Of a stretch of 64,000 nt of DNA, positions 53,685-63,155 are shown in pieces; position 1 is the first letter of the stretch; every line of letters begins with the position of its first letter. The position numbers and the translations under genes were made by a program. Source of the stretch: an uncultured Burkholderiales bacterium (GTDB lineage Bacteria; Vulcanimicrobiota; Xenobia; Xenobiales; JADMJV01); the NCBI GenBank assembly GCA_964649085.1, contig CAZYPN010000026.1:28971-92970 (forward strand), in the 5' to 3' direction. The notes under the pieces were generated by a model. That model searched no databases. It worked only from the letters and a program-made list of their open reading frames with translations, and had not been told where the DNA came from.

Positions 53685-55481
53685 CTAGCGCTTCTTCTTG
53701 GGAGGCGTCTTCTTCTTAGGAATCTTCACCAGGTTGACGGCTTTGGTGTGTTCCCCACCGGGTTCGATCGTCACCTGGACAGCCTGAGGTTTGAAGCCAT
53801 CGGCGGCCACCATCAGTTTGTGCTTGCCCGGCCACAGAGGGATCGGCTCGCCTTTGCTGTATTCGATGCGTTTTTTTCCATCGATGCGAACGGCCACCTT
53901 GGCGGGTTTACACTCCAAAACCAGCGTTCCCGCTCGTAAGAACTTCCAATATGCGCCCCCCAGGCCCAGGCCGACCAACAACAGTAACAACCATTTCCAC
54001 GGAAAGCGTCGTTCCGGCTCGAGCATCAGCGGGACGGGAATGGTCTTCGGGCGATCGTCCACCAGCACGGGGCCACGATTCAAGACCGCTTTGCGGGGCG
54101 GGGGGGGCGGCGGCGGGGGGGGCTCCGGCTCGGGCTCCGGCTCCGGTTGGGGCTCCGGCTGGGCTTCCGCGGGCGGCAGCTCCAGCGAGGGTTCCACCAC
54201 CACTTCGGGCACTGCAAATTCTGGGCCCGAGTCGTATTGCCACACTCCGTCGCCGCCTTCTACCCAGTGATTGCGGTCGTGCAGTTGAGAACCCGAGTGC
54301 GCGCAGATGCGCAGCCGCCCGGGAGGGCAGTTTTGCAAAATGGAATAGCCGATGTCCACCGTCGGACAGGCCAGGTTGTCCAATTTGGGTCGACGCATAT
54401 AGCTTACCGGGTCGGGCTCGATCTCGCCCGTGACCACCACCAGGCGGATTTGGTCCGAGGGGTCCTCGCCGCGGCGCAGTGACAGGGCGCATTCAAGAGC
54501 CGGCTGGAGCTCGGTAAATACCAGCAGCGCCACCTCGTCCAGCCATTGATGATGCTGCGGCCGATGAGCGAGCAGCGCCTGCTCGACTCGTGGTAGGCCC
54601 TCTGATTCCGCCGGAGCAGAGACCATCAAGATCGAGTATTCTCGGCCCGATTCAAAGCTTTCTGTAATCTCGGGGGAGGGAGCCGGCTCGGCCTCGCTCA
54701 TCAAAATGAAGCTCAGTTCGCGAGACAGGCCCGAGCAGGTGGCGCGGGTGCTCGGGTCTCGCGATAGGCCTTTAAGAACGGCTTCGCTCAGGCCCTCGGG
54801 CAAGGCCGGCAGCGGTGCCACCGCCTGGTTGCGGATCGCCTCTTCGGTGGCCTGCGTGCCCGAGCGCAGGAAAGGATGGGCTCCGGCCAGCAGTTCATAG
54901 AGCATCAAGGCACAGGCATAGCTGTCGCCCTTGGGGTCGCCCGGGCCGCGGGGCAACAGTTCCGGCGCACAGTAGGCCAGTGATTCTGGGGTGGGCTCTT
55001 CGTCGGCGGGTATGAGTTGAGCCAGCGCAAAATCGGTGACCACCACCTGCTGCTCCTGGTCGACCATCAGGTTCGCGGGTTTCAAATTGCCGTGGCTCAC
55101 ACCGTGGTCGTGAGCCATCTGCAGGGCTTTGAGGGCCGAGTTCACCCATTCACAGGCCTGAGCCCAGGGAAGTCCGCCGGCTTGCAGCTTCTGCGAGAGG
55201 GGAGCGCCCTCCAGGAATTCTGTTACGATGAAGTGGTGCCCCTTATCGCTGCCCTGGTCGACCACTTCGACGAGGTTGCGGTGTGACAGATTTCCCAGCA
55301 CGTCCACATCGCGCGAAAACCGCTCGAGGCGAGACTCGTCGCGGCACAGCTCGGGGCGCAACACCTTCATCACCAGTTTGCGGTCCGAGTCAAAACGGCT
55401 CACCTGATAGACCACGCCGTGGGGGCCTTCACCCACTTTGCGCTCGAGGAGATAAGCTCCAATTCGATCCGGCACCACCAT
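53685..55481 (-). CDS. Ser/Thr protein kinase with C-terminal TM segment and PEGA domain
   Basis: Kinase subdomains: GxGxxG-like VGEGPHGVVY, VMK, HGNLKPANL, DFALA, APE; C-terminal PEGA-like VAVRIDGKKR...GKHKL. Confidence 0.85.
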   Translation of the reverse strand: MVVPDRIGAYLLERKVGEGPHGVVYQVSRFDSDRKLVMKVLRPELCRDESRLERFSRDVDVLGNLSHRNLVEVVDQGSDKGHHFIVTEFLEGAPLSQKLQAGGLPWAQACEWVNSALKALQMAHDHGVSHGNLKPANLMVDQEQQVVVTDFALAQLIPADEEPTPESLAYCAPELLPRGPGDPKGDSYACALMLYELLAGAHPFLRSGTQATEEAIRNQAVAPLPALPEGLSEAVLKGLSRDPSTRATCSGLSRELSFILMSEAEPAPSPEITESFESGREYSILMVSAPAESEGLPRVEQALLAHRPQHHQWLDEVALLVFTELQPALECALSLRRGEDPSDQIRLVVVTGEIEPDPVSYMRRPKLDNLACPTVDIGYSILQNCPPGRLRICAHSGSQLHDRNHWVEGGDGVWQYDSGPEFAVPEVVVEPSLELPPAEAQPEPQPEPEPEPEPPPPPPPPPRKAVLNRGPVLVDDRPKTIPVPLMLEPERRFPWKWLLLLLVGLGLGGAYWKFLRAGTLVLECKPAKVAVRIDGKKRIEYSKGEPIPLWPGKHKLMVAADGFKPQAVQVTIEPGGEHTKAVNLVKIPKKKTPPKKKR

Positions 55482-55602
55482 GCTGGGTCCCTTCCAGCCC
55501 CCTCCCCCAAGCTCCTATATATAGAAGGCAATCAATTCTTTGGGCGCAGGAGTGCCAGCAGCAGCGTCCAACATTCGCTCATCTGGCTGGCTGGGGGCTT
55601 GC

Positions 55603-56244
55603 ATGTTTGACTTCCTGAAGACGATGACGGCACCGCACTTTTCTGTGGTCGATTATGGCGAGGGCCTGGTCTACTTTCGCTGCAGCAAGAAACTCTCGTT
55701 GGCCGAAACAGTAGCTGGCTATGCGGTGCTGCCCGGCGGCGAGAAGCATCCTCTCTGCGTGCAGGTGGTTCAGCGACGCTCCGACGGCATTTACCTGGGC
55801 CGGCCCACCGAGGCCACCCCCGGAGTGGTGGCACTGGAGAAGCATTTCCTGCCCGATGCCTACAAGCCGAAGGAGCAGATGTTCTACAAGATCGACCCCG
55901 AGGAGTCGACCCGGCATCTGCGTACCTACTCGCTGCGTTCCGAGAGCTTTCCCGGCTTCAAGGGCATGACGGCCGAACTCTCCACCGAGGGTTGCAAGGT
56001 TGTGCTCTCGGGCAGCATTCCCGAGGGAACCTCTCTGACCATGTTTCTCGACCTGGCCGACGAGCAGCCGCCCATTCGCATTCTTGGTGAAGTTCAGTGG
56101 TCCAAACAGCGAGACAAGAAGGCCTGGGTGGTGCAGCTCAAGTTCACCGAAATGGATGACGAGCAAAAGAGCTTCATGCGATTCCATCTGGCCGGTCTCA
56201 AGGTCAATCCTCAACTCCATCGCGACGAGCCCGAGCCGAGCTGA
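55603..56244 (+). CDS. PilZ-like c-di-GMP-binding domain protein (tentative)
   Basis: GGGGG SD; C-terminal region with an ELSTEG (D/NxSxxG-like) motif and PilZ-like beta-barrel pattern. Confidence 0.4.
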   Translation: MFDFLKTMTAPHFSVVDYGEGLVYFRCSKKLSLAETVAGYAVLPGGEKHPLCVQVVQRRSDGIYLGRPTEATPGVVALEKHFLPDAYKPKEQMFYKIDPEESTRHLRTYSLRSESFPGFKGMTAELSTEGCKVVLSGSIPEGTSLTMFLDLADEQPPIRILGEVQWSKQRDKKAWVVQLKFTEMDDEQKSFMRFHLAGLKVNPQLHRDEPEPS

Positions 56245-56713
56245 TTCGCTCATAGCGGCAGAAACGGTAGGGCCACTCTTCCCCATCCGGACCCTCTTGA
56301 ACGTCGGCCAGTAGCCATTCCCGAGGGGAGAATTCGGGGTAGTAGCTGTCGCCCTCGGGCTCGGCTTCTACTTCGGTCAGTATCTGACGGTCGCAGTAGG
56401 GCAGCAGCTGTCGGTAGACCTGCTCCCCTCCGATCACCCAGGCCAGCTTTTCGTCCAGGGCCTGTAAGAGTGTCTCTAGCGAGGAAAAGACGCGAACTCC
56501 TGGCAGTTGTAGGCCCACGGTTCGCGACAGCACCCAGTTTTCGCGTTGGGGCAGGGGGCGCCCGATCGAAGCGAAGGTGGTGCGGCCCATAATCACGACA
56601 CCACCGCGAGTGAGTTCGCGAAAGCGGCGCAGGTCGCCCGGCAGGTGCCAGGGCAGACGGCCCCCCACACCGATCACCCGGTTTTTGCCCATGGCGGCAA
56701 TGCTGATCAACAC
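56204..56713 (-). CDS. folA: Dihydrofolate reductase
   Basis: LISIAAMGKNRVIG ... LPWHLPGDLRRFRELT ... VIMGRTTF motifs; GTG start; overlaps the upstream kinase gene stop by 7 nt. Confidence 0.8.
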   Translation of the reverse strand: MLISIAAMGKNRVIGVGGRLPWHLPGDLRRFRELTRGGVVIMGRTTFASIGRPLPQRENWVLSRTVGLQLPGVRVFSSLETLLQALDEKLAWVIGGEQVYRQLLPYCDRQILTEVEAEPEGDSYYPEFSPREWLLADVQEGPDGEEWPYRFCRYERISSARARRDGVED

Positions 56714-59700
56714 GGCCCGGGCTCTTTCGGAAAGCGGGCCGAGGCGCCGGCGGCGGCCAGATAGAGCTGAGCGTTTTGCAAACGGGCCGGATCGGAATCC
56801 AGCTTGCCCAACTCCCACTCCACCAGCCCCTGTTCCAGCAACAGGTCCCAGCGCCGCGACTGCCCCAGGGCCTGGCGCAGCGTTTCTCGGGCCAACGATT
56901 TGCGCTGCAGGCCGGCTCGAAAGCGCAGGGCAGCGCAGCGAAAGGCGGGAAAGATCCCTTCGCTGGCTCTCTCCAGTTCGTCCAGGGCCGTTGGATTGGC
57001 GGGTTCACAAGCGCAGCCAATCAGAGCCGCCTCGGCCTGCTGCAACAGGTCCAGATCCCCCGGCTTTTTCAGCCAGTCCAGGGCGCCCCTCAGCTCCCCC
57101 TTTTGCCAGCAGTTCCAGGCTGCGGCCAGACGTTGTTCAACCCCCAGGTATCCTCCTGAACGGCACTCCAGTGGTTCGTCCACAGGCTGGCCGGCCATCG
57201 CTGCCAGGCGATGGAGATGGGCCTGCAGCACCTGGCTTTCGTAAGAGTTGCGCGATTCTTCCACCAACAGAGACGACTGTGCGAAGGCCTCCTGGCTGCG
57301 AATCAAGCGGCCGCTCAGGCGATGGTAGAGCCCCTTGAGGTTGTAGGCTTGCAGCAGCGACCCCAGATCGCCGATGCGCTCGGCTTGTTGGATCAGCAGT
57401 TCCAGCAGATTGGCAATGTCGGGCTGACCCAGCACCAGCAGTTGATAGCAGGTGTCGAGCAAGAGTTCACAGCGGGTCGAGCCCGAGGGTAGAGCCAGCG
57501 TTTCGTTGACCCCCTGTTCCAGATGGCGGCGGGCTTCGGCAAAGAAATGACGAGGACCCATCAGGTAGATCGAGCCCAACGTCACCTCCAGCTGGGCACG
57601 CTGCACCTGGCGACCACGCTGCCAGCTGCGAGCCAACTGACAGAGCATCAGATACAGTCGATCCAGCTTCCAGCCCGGCGGTCGGAGAAAGAACAGGGCC
57701 CTGTTCAGGCTAACTTCCACCTTGGTGAGCTCGGCCGGTTGAGTTCGCCTTGAAGGTGCGGGCGGCAGGCCCAGCAACATTCCTGCAAAGGACCCCAGCG
57801 TCCACAGCCCGCTGAGCATCGAGTGCGACGGGGGCTTGCGGTTCAATTGCTCCAGCGCCCCTATCAGGCATTGATGGGCACCTTCCAAATCGCCCTGGCG
57901 CCAAAGGCAACGCCCCGCCTTCCGCAGCAGGCGAGGTTTGACGGCTCGCGCGGCCAGCTGCTCGTACAGCGTCTGGGCTTCTGCATAGGCGTGACTGCCC
58001 AGCAGCGCGTCTGCCAGGCTCTCAAGTTGGGCCGGTTGTAGTTCTCCCGCGGCCTGGCGCAGTTGACCGAACAGCGAGGCTGCCTTGCGGAAATTGCAGG
58101 CCCGCAAATGAATCTGTGCCGCCATTTCTAACCAGCGACAGGCTCGTCCCCCAGCCTGGGCCTGCAGCCAATGGTAAGCGATGCGCTCGGGCTGTCCTCC
58201 TTTACGTTCCAGAGCCAGGGCCAACTGGGTGTGCCAGCCGTTGAGGCTGGCCTGTGGCAGGTGGCTTTCCAGAAACACCCGCAGATGCTGAGGCATTTCG
58301 TAGTTGGCTCCGCGTTCCTCGCGCAGCAACTGGCGCCGAACCAGCGTGTCGAGCCCCAGCAGCAGCGGTTGAGGCGGCTCGGCCGTGGCGTGAAACAGAT
58401 CGTCGAACGAGATGCGCCCCCGGGCACAGGCCGTCAGGAACAGTAGCTCGATCTCCAGGGGAGTCAGGTTGGAGATGCGCTTTTGCAGTACCTCGTGCAG
58501 GCTGCCGCTGTGGGGGTCGCGCGTGGTCAATCGTCCTTCCGGACTGCGGCACAGGCGGTCTTCCTCCCACAGCAGTTTGACCATTTCGGCCACTGCCAGG
58601 GGGTTGCCCTGGCTTTCATCATACAGTCGCTGGGCCAGGCCCTCGTCCAGGGAGGCGCCCAACATGGAGCTGGCCAACTCGCGCACCTGCTCGGCGTTGA
58701 GGGGGTCGGCTTCGACCAGCCGTCCGGGCAGGCCCAAGGACCACCAGGAGCGGCTATCGGCGCTGACCAGCATGGACGGAGCCCCTGCTTGATGCGAGAG
58801 GTATCGCAGCAGTTCCAGTTCGTCGTCGGCCAGCAGATCCACATCGTCGAGAATAATCATCCCCCCGCACATGGTGGTGCGCAGCACCGCCAGCACGGCC
58901 GCAAACAGCGAGGCACGGTCATTGGCCTCGGCGCTGCCCAGTTCGGGCAGCAAGGTGGCCAGGGCGGGGCGAAAATGCTCCAACGACCGGGGCAGTTCGT
59001 TCACCAAGAGCTTCTTCAGCAGGTCCACCCAGATTTCAAAGGGGTCCCCGCTCTGGGTGCCAGCCCGTAGCCGATGAATGCCTTCTCGCTGTTCCGACTT
59101 CAGCCGGTAGCGCCGTTCCAGTTCATCCAGAATGCGCGAGCGTCCGGCTCCCGCCGAGCCCACGATAGCGACCAGATGACAACCTCCCTGCAGCGCTTCT
59201 GTCACCTCGTTGAGCAGGCGTTCCCGCCCCACCAGGCGTGGGGCCAGCAGGTTCGGCACCACCGCCTGCAGGCCACGCGGTGATTTCTGCAGTTGGAACA
59301 TCTCCCGCCAGCGCTGCAGAGCCACCTGGGCAGAGCTGGGGCGATCCTGAGGATCCTTGCTTAGCAAATGGCCGATGAACTCCCCCAGGCCCTCGGGCAG
59401 TTCACCCAGAGGTGTAAAGGGTGCCGGCGGCTGGGTGAGCAGGCTCTGCAGCAGTTGCATGAGCTGGCTTTGAGGGAAGGGTAGCTGACCGCTGAACATC
59501 AAGTACATCAAGACGCCCAGGCTATAGAGGTCGCTGCGGGCGTCCAGTTCACAGTCTTGTAGCTGTTCGGGGGCCATGAAGTGTGGGGTTCCCACCAGGG
59601 TGCCAGGGTCGGTCAGGCGCGTCACCTGAGTGGCGCCGGCCAGCCCCAGGTCCAGCAATTTGGTGGTGCCCTGGTCGCTTATCAAGATATTCTCGGGCTT

Positions 59701-60120
59701 CAGGTCGCGATGGATGATGCCCAGGTGGTGCAGGTGCTCCAGTCCTTCGAGCAGCGAAGCGAAGATTTGAGCCAGATGACCCACCCAGGCGGGCCAGGGC
59801 AAGGTGGTCCGCATGCGTTGGGAAAAGTTGTCTAACGTTTCCCCCCTCACCAATTCCATGGTGTAGTACGTCAATCCAGGCTCTTCGTGATAGTCATAGA
59901 CGTCTACGAACAGGGGGTGATCGACCAGTTTTCGGGCCAGATGATATTCTCGGGCAAAGCGAGCCCGTTCCAGCGGGGCGACCAGGGCGGGATGCAGCCG
60001 CTTCAGGGCGCGAAGTTCCCAGGTGGGCAGGTGGCGAACCTCGTAGACCGAGCCCATGCCACCACGGCCGAGGACCCCAACGAATCGATGGTCAGGGATG
60101 CGGGTTGACCAACTGTCCAC
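56707..60120 (-). CDS. Ser/Thr protein kinase fused to a STAND/AAA (NB-ARC-like) ATPase and a long TPR-like helical repeat region (1137 aa)
   Basis: LGRGGMGSVYEV, HRDLKPENIL, DLGLA, APE; Walker A VAIVGSAGAGRS; GTG start at 60120 with GGAAGGA SD (the track ORF start at 60339 would overlap the divergent gene). Confidence 0.8.
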   Translation of the reverse strand: MDSWSTRIPDHRFVGVLGRGGMGSVYEVRHLPTWELRALKRLHPALVAPLERARFAREYHLARKLVDHPLFVDVYDYHEEPGLTYYTMELVRGETLDNFSQRMRTTLPWPAWVGHLAQIFASLLEGLEHLHHLGIIHRDLKPENILISDQGTTKLLDLGLAGATQVTRLTDPGTLVGTPHFMAPEQLQDCELDARSDLYSLGVLMYLMFSGQLPFPQSQLMQLLQSLLTQPPAPFTPLGELPEGLGEFIGHLLSKDPQDRPSSAQVALQRWREMFQLQKSPRGLQAVVPNLLAPRLVGRERLLNEVTEALQGGCHLVAIVGSAGAGRSRILDELERRYRLKSEQREGIHRLRAGTQSGDPFEIWVDLLKKLLVNELPRSLEHFRPALATLLPELGSAEANDRASLFAAVLAVLRTTMCGGMIILDDVDLLADDELELLRYLSHQAGAPSMLVSADSRSWWSLGLPGRLVEADPLNAEQVRELASSMLGASLDEGLAQRLYDESQGNPLAVAEMVKLLWEEDRLCRSPEGRLTTRDPHSGSLHEVLQKRISNLTPLEIELLFLTACARGRISFDDLFHATAEPPQPLLLGLDTLVRRQLLREERGANYEMPQHLRVFLESHLPQASLNGWHTQLALALERKGGQPERIAYHWLQAQAGGRACRWLEMAAQIHLRACNFRKAASLFGQLRQAAGELQPAQLESLADALLGSHAYAEAQTLYEQLAARAVKPRLLRKAGRCLWRQGDLEGAHQCLIGALEQLNRKPPSHSMLSGLWTLGSFAGMLLGLPPAPSRRTQPAELTKVEVSLNRALFFLRPPGWKLDRLYLMLCQLARSWQRGRQVQRAQLEVTLGSIYLMGPRHFFAEARRHLEQGVNETLALPSGSTRCELLLDTCYQLLVLGQPDIANLLELLIQQAERIGDLGSLLQAYNLKGLYHRLSGRLIRSQEAFAQSSLLVEESRNSYESQVLQAHLHRLAAMAGQPVDEPLECRSGGYLGVEQRLAAAWNCWQKGELRGALDWLKKPGDLDLLQQAEAALIGCACEPANPTALDELERASEGIFPAFRCAALRFRAGLQRKSLARETLRQALGQSRRWDLLLEQGLVEWELGKLDSDPARLQNAQLYLAAAGASARFPKEPGPC

Positions 60121-60165
60121 CCCGCATCCTTCCCAGTGCGAACGGCTTCCTCCTATGGGGGTCAG

Positions 60166-61110
60166 ATGATCCTCGGACTGGCTGCCCGGATGGGAGAAAC
60201 TCGAGCGGTGTTGCTCGACCTGCAAGGTCAGGTGCTGGACCGCATGGTGGAATTCCCTTCCCCGGAAGCACTCTCGGGCTGCAATATCTCCCACGTGGGC
60301 GTGGCCGCCACCGACGAGCGCCTGGAAGAAGTGCAACACTGGCTTCAGTCCTGGTCAGGGCGGGCCCGGCTGTGGCAAACCCCCTGGGTCGATGCGGCGC
60401 TGGCCGGAGCCTTCCTGGGCCATCCGGGCGTTTTGCTGTGCACCGAACATTGGTCGACCTATCGAGGGTGTGCCGCCAAAGCAGGCCCCGAGTCGATCTG
60501 CCAGGCCCTGGTCATGGCTCGCGAGCCCAATCATCGCAGCCTTTCCATCGTTCACGGCGAAGGTGGTCTCGAGTGGCTCAGCCGCGAGGGTCTGGCGCTG
60601 CTCGACCAGGTCGGCGGGCCTTCCCAATTGCGCCTGCGGCGCTTGCTCGGTCCTCACCAGGGCGAGCGCCCTCCGCTCGATCCGATGCGCCAGCGGGCCC
60701 TGGCCGTGCGCGCCAGTCTCGAAGAGCTGTCGGAATACCCCGGGCCCGATCCGGCCTCACTGGCACTGCTCACCCGCGCGGCCCGCCGCCTCAGCGATCT
60801 GCTGCGGGTGCTGGTGGGGCGTGCCCAGCTGCCTGTGCGCTGCCCGGCGGCCTGGTGGGACGGTCGCCTGGAAGGGCCGCTGTGGGGCGCCCTCGAGAAC
60901 GAGTTTCGCCGCTACCTGCCCCAGTTGCACTGGCAGCCTGCTGCCGACGATGCGGGTCGCGGCTGTGCGGCTCTGGTGTGGGGGCAACTTCGCGAAGAGC
61001 AGCGACAAGCTCTCCGACCCGGGGCGCCACCGCCTCCACCTCACGAGGGGGTTCGGGCCTTGAGTGCCGACGCCTGGCGTCAGCTCTCGCGAACCACCTC
61101 AATCGGTTGA
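60166..61110 (+). CDS. BadF/BadG/BcrA/BcrD-type ATPase (ASKHA superfamily, N-acetylglucosamine kinase-like)
   Basis: MILGLAARMGETRAVLLDLQGQVL N-terminal phosphate-1 motif of the ASKHA fold; GGGGG SD. Confidence 0.6.
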   Translation: MILGLAARMGETRAVLLDLQGQVLDRMVEFPSPEALSGCNISHVGVAATDERLEEVQHWLQSWSGRARLWQTPWVDAALAGAFLGHPGVLLCTEHWSTYRGCAAKAGPESICQALVMAREPNHRSLSIVHGEGGLEWLSREGLALLDQVGGPSQLRLRRLLGPHQGERPPLDPMRQRALAVRASLEELSEYPGPDPASLALLTRAARRLSDLLRVLVGRAQLPVRCPAAWWDGRLEGPLWGALENEFRRYLPQLHWQPAADDAGRGCAALVWGQLREEQRQALRPGAPPPPPHEGVRALSADAWRQLSRTTSIG

Positions 61111-62543
61111 AAATACACCCGCCGCTCAAAGCGCTCTACCTGGGCGGCTTCGTTTTGCACGGGGAATACGTAGACGGGAGTCATCACGGCCTTCCATTTC
61201 CCGCCCTCGGGGCGCACCTCCACCTCCAGGTGGCCGTAGTGCTTACCGCCGTCGATCAGCCGCCCGCCTTCCCAGCGTTCCGGGCTGTCGCGATGGGCCA
61301 AAAACACCAGATGAGGGTTGCTGAGCACGGGTTCGGGGCTGCGCAGGCCATCGCCCCCAATGCCCACGTCAAAGACGTGCAGGTCGCCTACCCGCGAATA
61401 TTCCATCATCTCGTCGTGGCCGTTGAGCAGGGCCGTGACTCCGTATTTCTGGAACAGCGGTGTGAGCACCTGAGTGGGCAGCCCCGATTGCTTGTCTTTG
61501 CCGGGGGGCAACGAGTGGGGACCACTGGTGTAGCCGCAGTGATGAAAGGTCACGAAGGTGAATTTCGAGCTCTCACGGGCCGACTTCAGCTGCTCCTCCA
61601 GCCAGCGGTACTGGGCTGAACCGGGATTGAAGTCGGGCGCTCCCGAGCCCCGCGATGCCAGATGATGGTTGGTATCGGCCGGGCCGCTATCGGGCTGGCC
61701 ATTGCAGCAGTCCAGCCCGATCAGCGTCAGCGGGCCGTAGTCCATGCGGAAGTAACGATGCTGGCGGCCCGCTCCAAAGTAGGTGAGAAATTTGCCAATG
61801 GCGCGTTCCGAGGCCTCGGGTTCAAAGCGGCCTTGTTGGGGCCCGGCAAAGTATTCATGGTTGCCTTGAATCGCCACCAGCGGGATATGCGAGGCCAGGC
61901 GGGCGTTGTGTTTCCAGAATTCGTCCCAGTCGCGCTGCTCGCCGCCGGTCTCCACCAGGTCCCCTGCCAGCACCACGAAATCGGGCTGGCGTTGCTCGAT
62001 CACCGCCAGGTTTGCGTCATAGCCGCGCTGCTGGTCGACGAGATACTTGCGGCCTTTCACCGTCGGATCGGCGGAAGGCCAGTCTACGCAGGCGCCTCGA
62101 CTTTCCGGTTCGGTTTCCGAATCGGCATAGGCGATAAAACGAACGGGCTGGTCAGGGTTGGGCGCGGTGCGGAATTCCCCCCGGCGGCCGTCCACTCGAT
62201 AGACATAGCTCTTTCCCGGCTGCAGGTCGTCCAGGCGCACCACGTGGCGGTAGGCCGTGCGAATGGGGCAGTCATTAGGAAACTGCTTGCGTTCCCAGCT
62301 TCCGTAGTCCAGAGCTGGAGCGGGCTGCGACTGGCTCATCCAGGGGCTCTCCCGGCCGTCCAGGTAGACGGCCTGTGGTTGGGCCTGGGTGCTGAACCAG
62401 ACCAGGCTTATAGAGTTGCGTTCGGGGTCTTGCACGTAGGGCGTTACCAGCCAGTCGATGTGCTCCCCTCGCCAGCTCCACACGGCGGCACTCAGCCCCA
62501 GCGGCACCAACAGGGCCAGGCCCCAGCGCGTCCAGATTTTCAC
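61080..62543 (-). CDS. Secreted calcineurin-like metallophosphoesterase (purple acid phosphatase-like)
   Basis: GDLVETGG, GNHEY, VTFHHCGYTSGPH metallophosphoesterase motifs; signal peptide; GTG start with GGAAG SD. Confidence 0.75.
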   Translation of the reverse strand: MKIWTRWGLALLVPLGLSAAVWSWRGEHIDWLVTPYVQDPERNSISLVWFSTQAQPQAVYLDGRESPWMSQSQPAPALDYGSWERKQFPNDCPIRTAYRHVVRLDDLQPGKSYVYRVDGRRGEFRTAPNPDQPVRFIAYADSETEPESRGACVDWPSADPTVKGRKYLVDQQRGYDANLAVIEQRQPDFVVLAGDLVETGGEQRDWDEFWKHNARLASHIPLVAIQGNHEYFAGPQQGRFEPEASERAIGKFLTYFGAGRQHRYFRMDYGPLTLIGLDCCNGQPDSGPADTNHHLASRGSGAPDFNPGSAQYRWLEEQLKSARESSKFTFVTFHHCGYTSGPHSLPPGKDKQSGLPTQVLTPLFQKYGVTALLNGHDEMMEYSRVGDLHVFDVGIGGDGLRSPEPVLSNPHLVFLAHRDSPERWEGGRLIDGGKHYGHLEVEVRPEGGKWKAVMTPVYVFPVQNEAAQVERFERRVYFQPIEVVRES

Positions 62544-62603
62544 GCTTCTGGCTTCCTGTCCAGCGAAGGCGCTCCCTGCCAAGAATTTTCTTTGAATTGA
62601 GGG

Positions 62604-62627
62604 AACGTTCGTGCTTTGTCGAACGTT
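62604..62627. promoter_or_regulatory. Inverted repeat AACGTTCG-n8-CGAACGTT in a low-GC divergent promoter region, TAGTAT -10-like box just downstream
   Basis: Read directly; between divergent genes 61080..62543(-) and 62637..63155(+). Confidence 0.4.
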
Positions 62628-62636
62628 ACATTTAGT

Positions 62637-63155
62637 ATGCGAGAACTGCCAGCGATGTGTGTGCTTGCACTTCGGGACGTCCTGGGCCGACAGGACGGCG
62701 CTTTGCGGGTTCCCTATGCCGAGCACGCCCTGGCGGTTGCCCGCCGATTGGCGGCTCTGGGCAGTTTTTCCGAGGCGGTTTGTGCCGCCATCTTACACGA
62801 ATGCTTCGAGCAGGGCCGCATCTCGTGCCAGGAAGTGGCCGAGCGCTATGGTTCCGAGGTGGTCGCCCTGCTGCAGTCATCGGCTGAGCCCTGCGAATTG
62901 CCGGGACGTCTGCTGCAGGTCTGTGATCAGTTGCAGCATTTGGACGAACTGGCCGAGCTGGGCTTGGGCCTGGCTCCCGAACGCATCAACTGCCTGTGGG
63001 CATTGCTGCGCAAGCTACCTCCGCGCTTTCGTCAGCCTTTGAGTGACGAGCTTGCTGGGCTTACCGGCACCCTCCCAGCCACACCCGCCACGCGTTCGGC
63101 TCGGATCTATCGGCCCGTTGCCTCGCCCAGGGGGCGTTCATCGGACCTGAACTGA
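62637..63155 (+). CDS. HD-domain protein (small ppGpp-hydrolase-like HD fold)
   Basis: HALAVARRLAALG...AVCAAILHE matches the H...HD-type HD motif context; ATG chosen downstream of the operator-like repeat. Confidence 0.5.
   Translation: MRELPAMCVLALRDVLGRQDGALRVPYAEHALAVARRLAALGSFSEAVCAAILHECFEQGRISCQEVAERYGSEVVALLQSSAEPCELPGRLLQVCDQLQHLDELAELGLGLAPERINCLWALLRKLPPRFRQPLSDELAGLTGTLPATPATRSARIYRPVASPRGRSSDLN

Noticed and set aside
56250-57338. ORFs 56250..57020 (-) and 56577..57338 (+) around folA and the kinase 3' end
   Set aside because: Arg/Pro/Ala-rich alternative frames of the DHFR and kinase genes.
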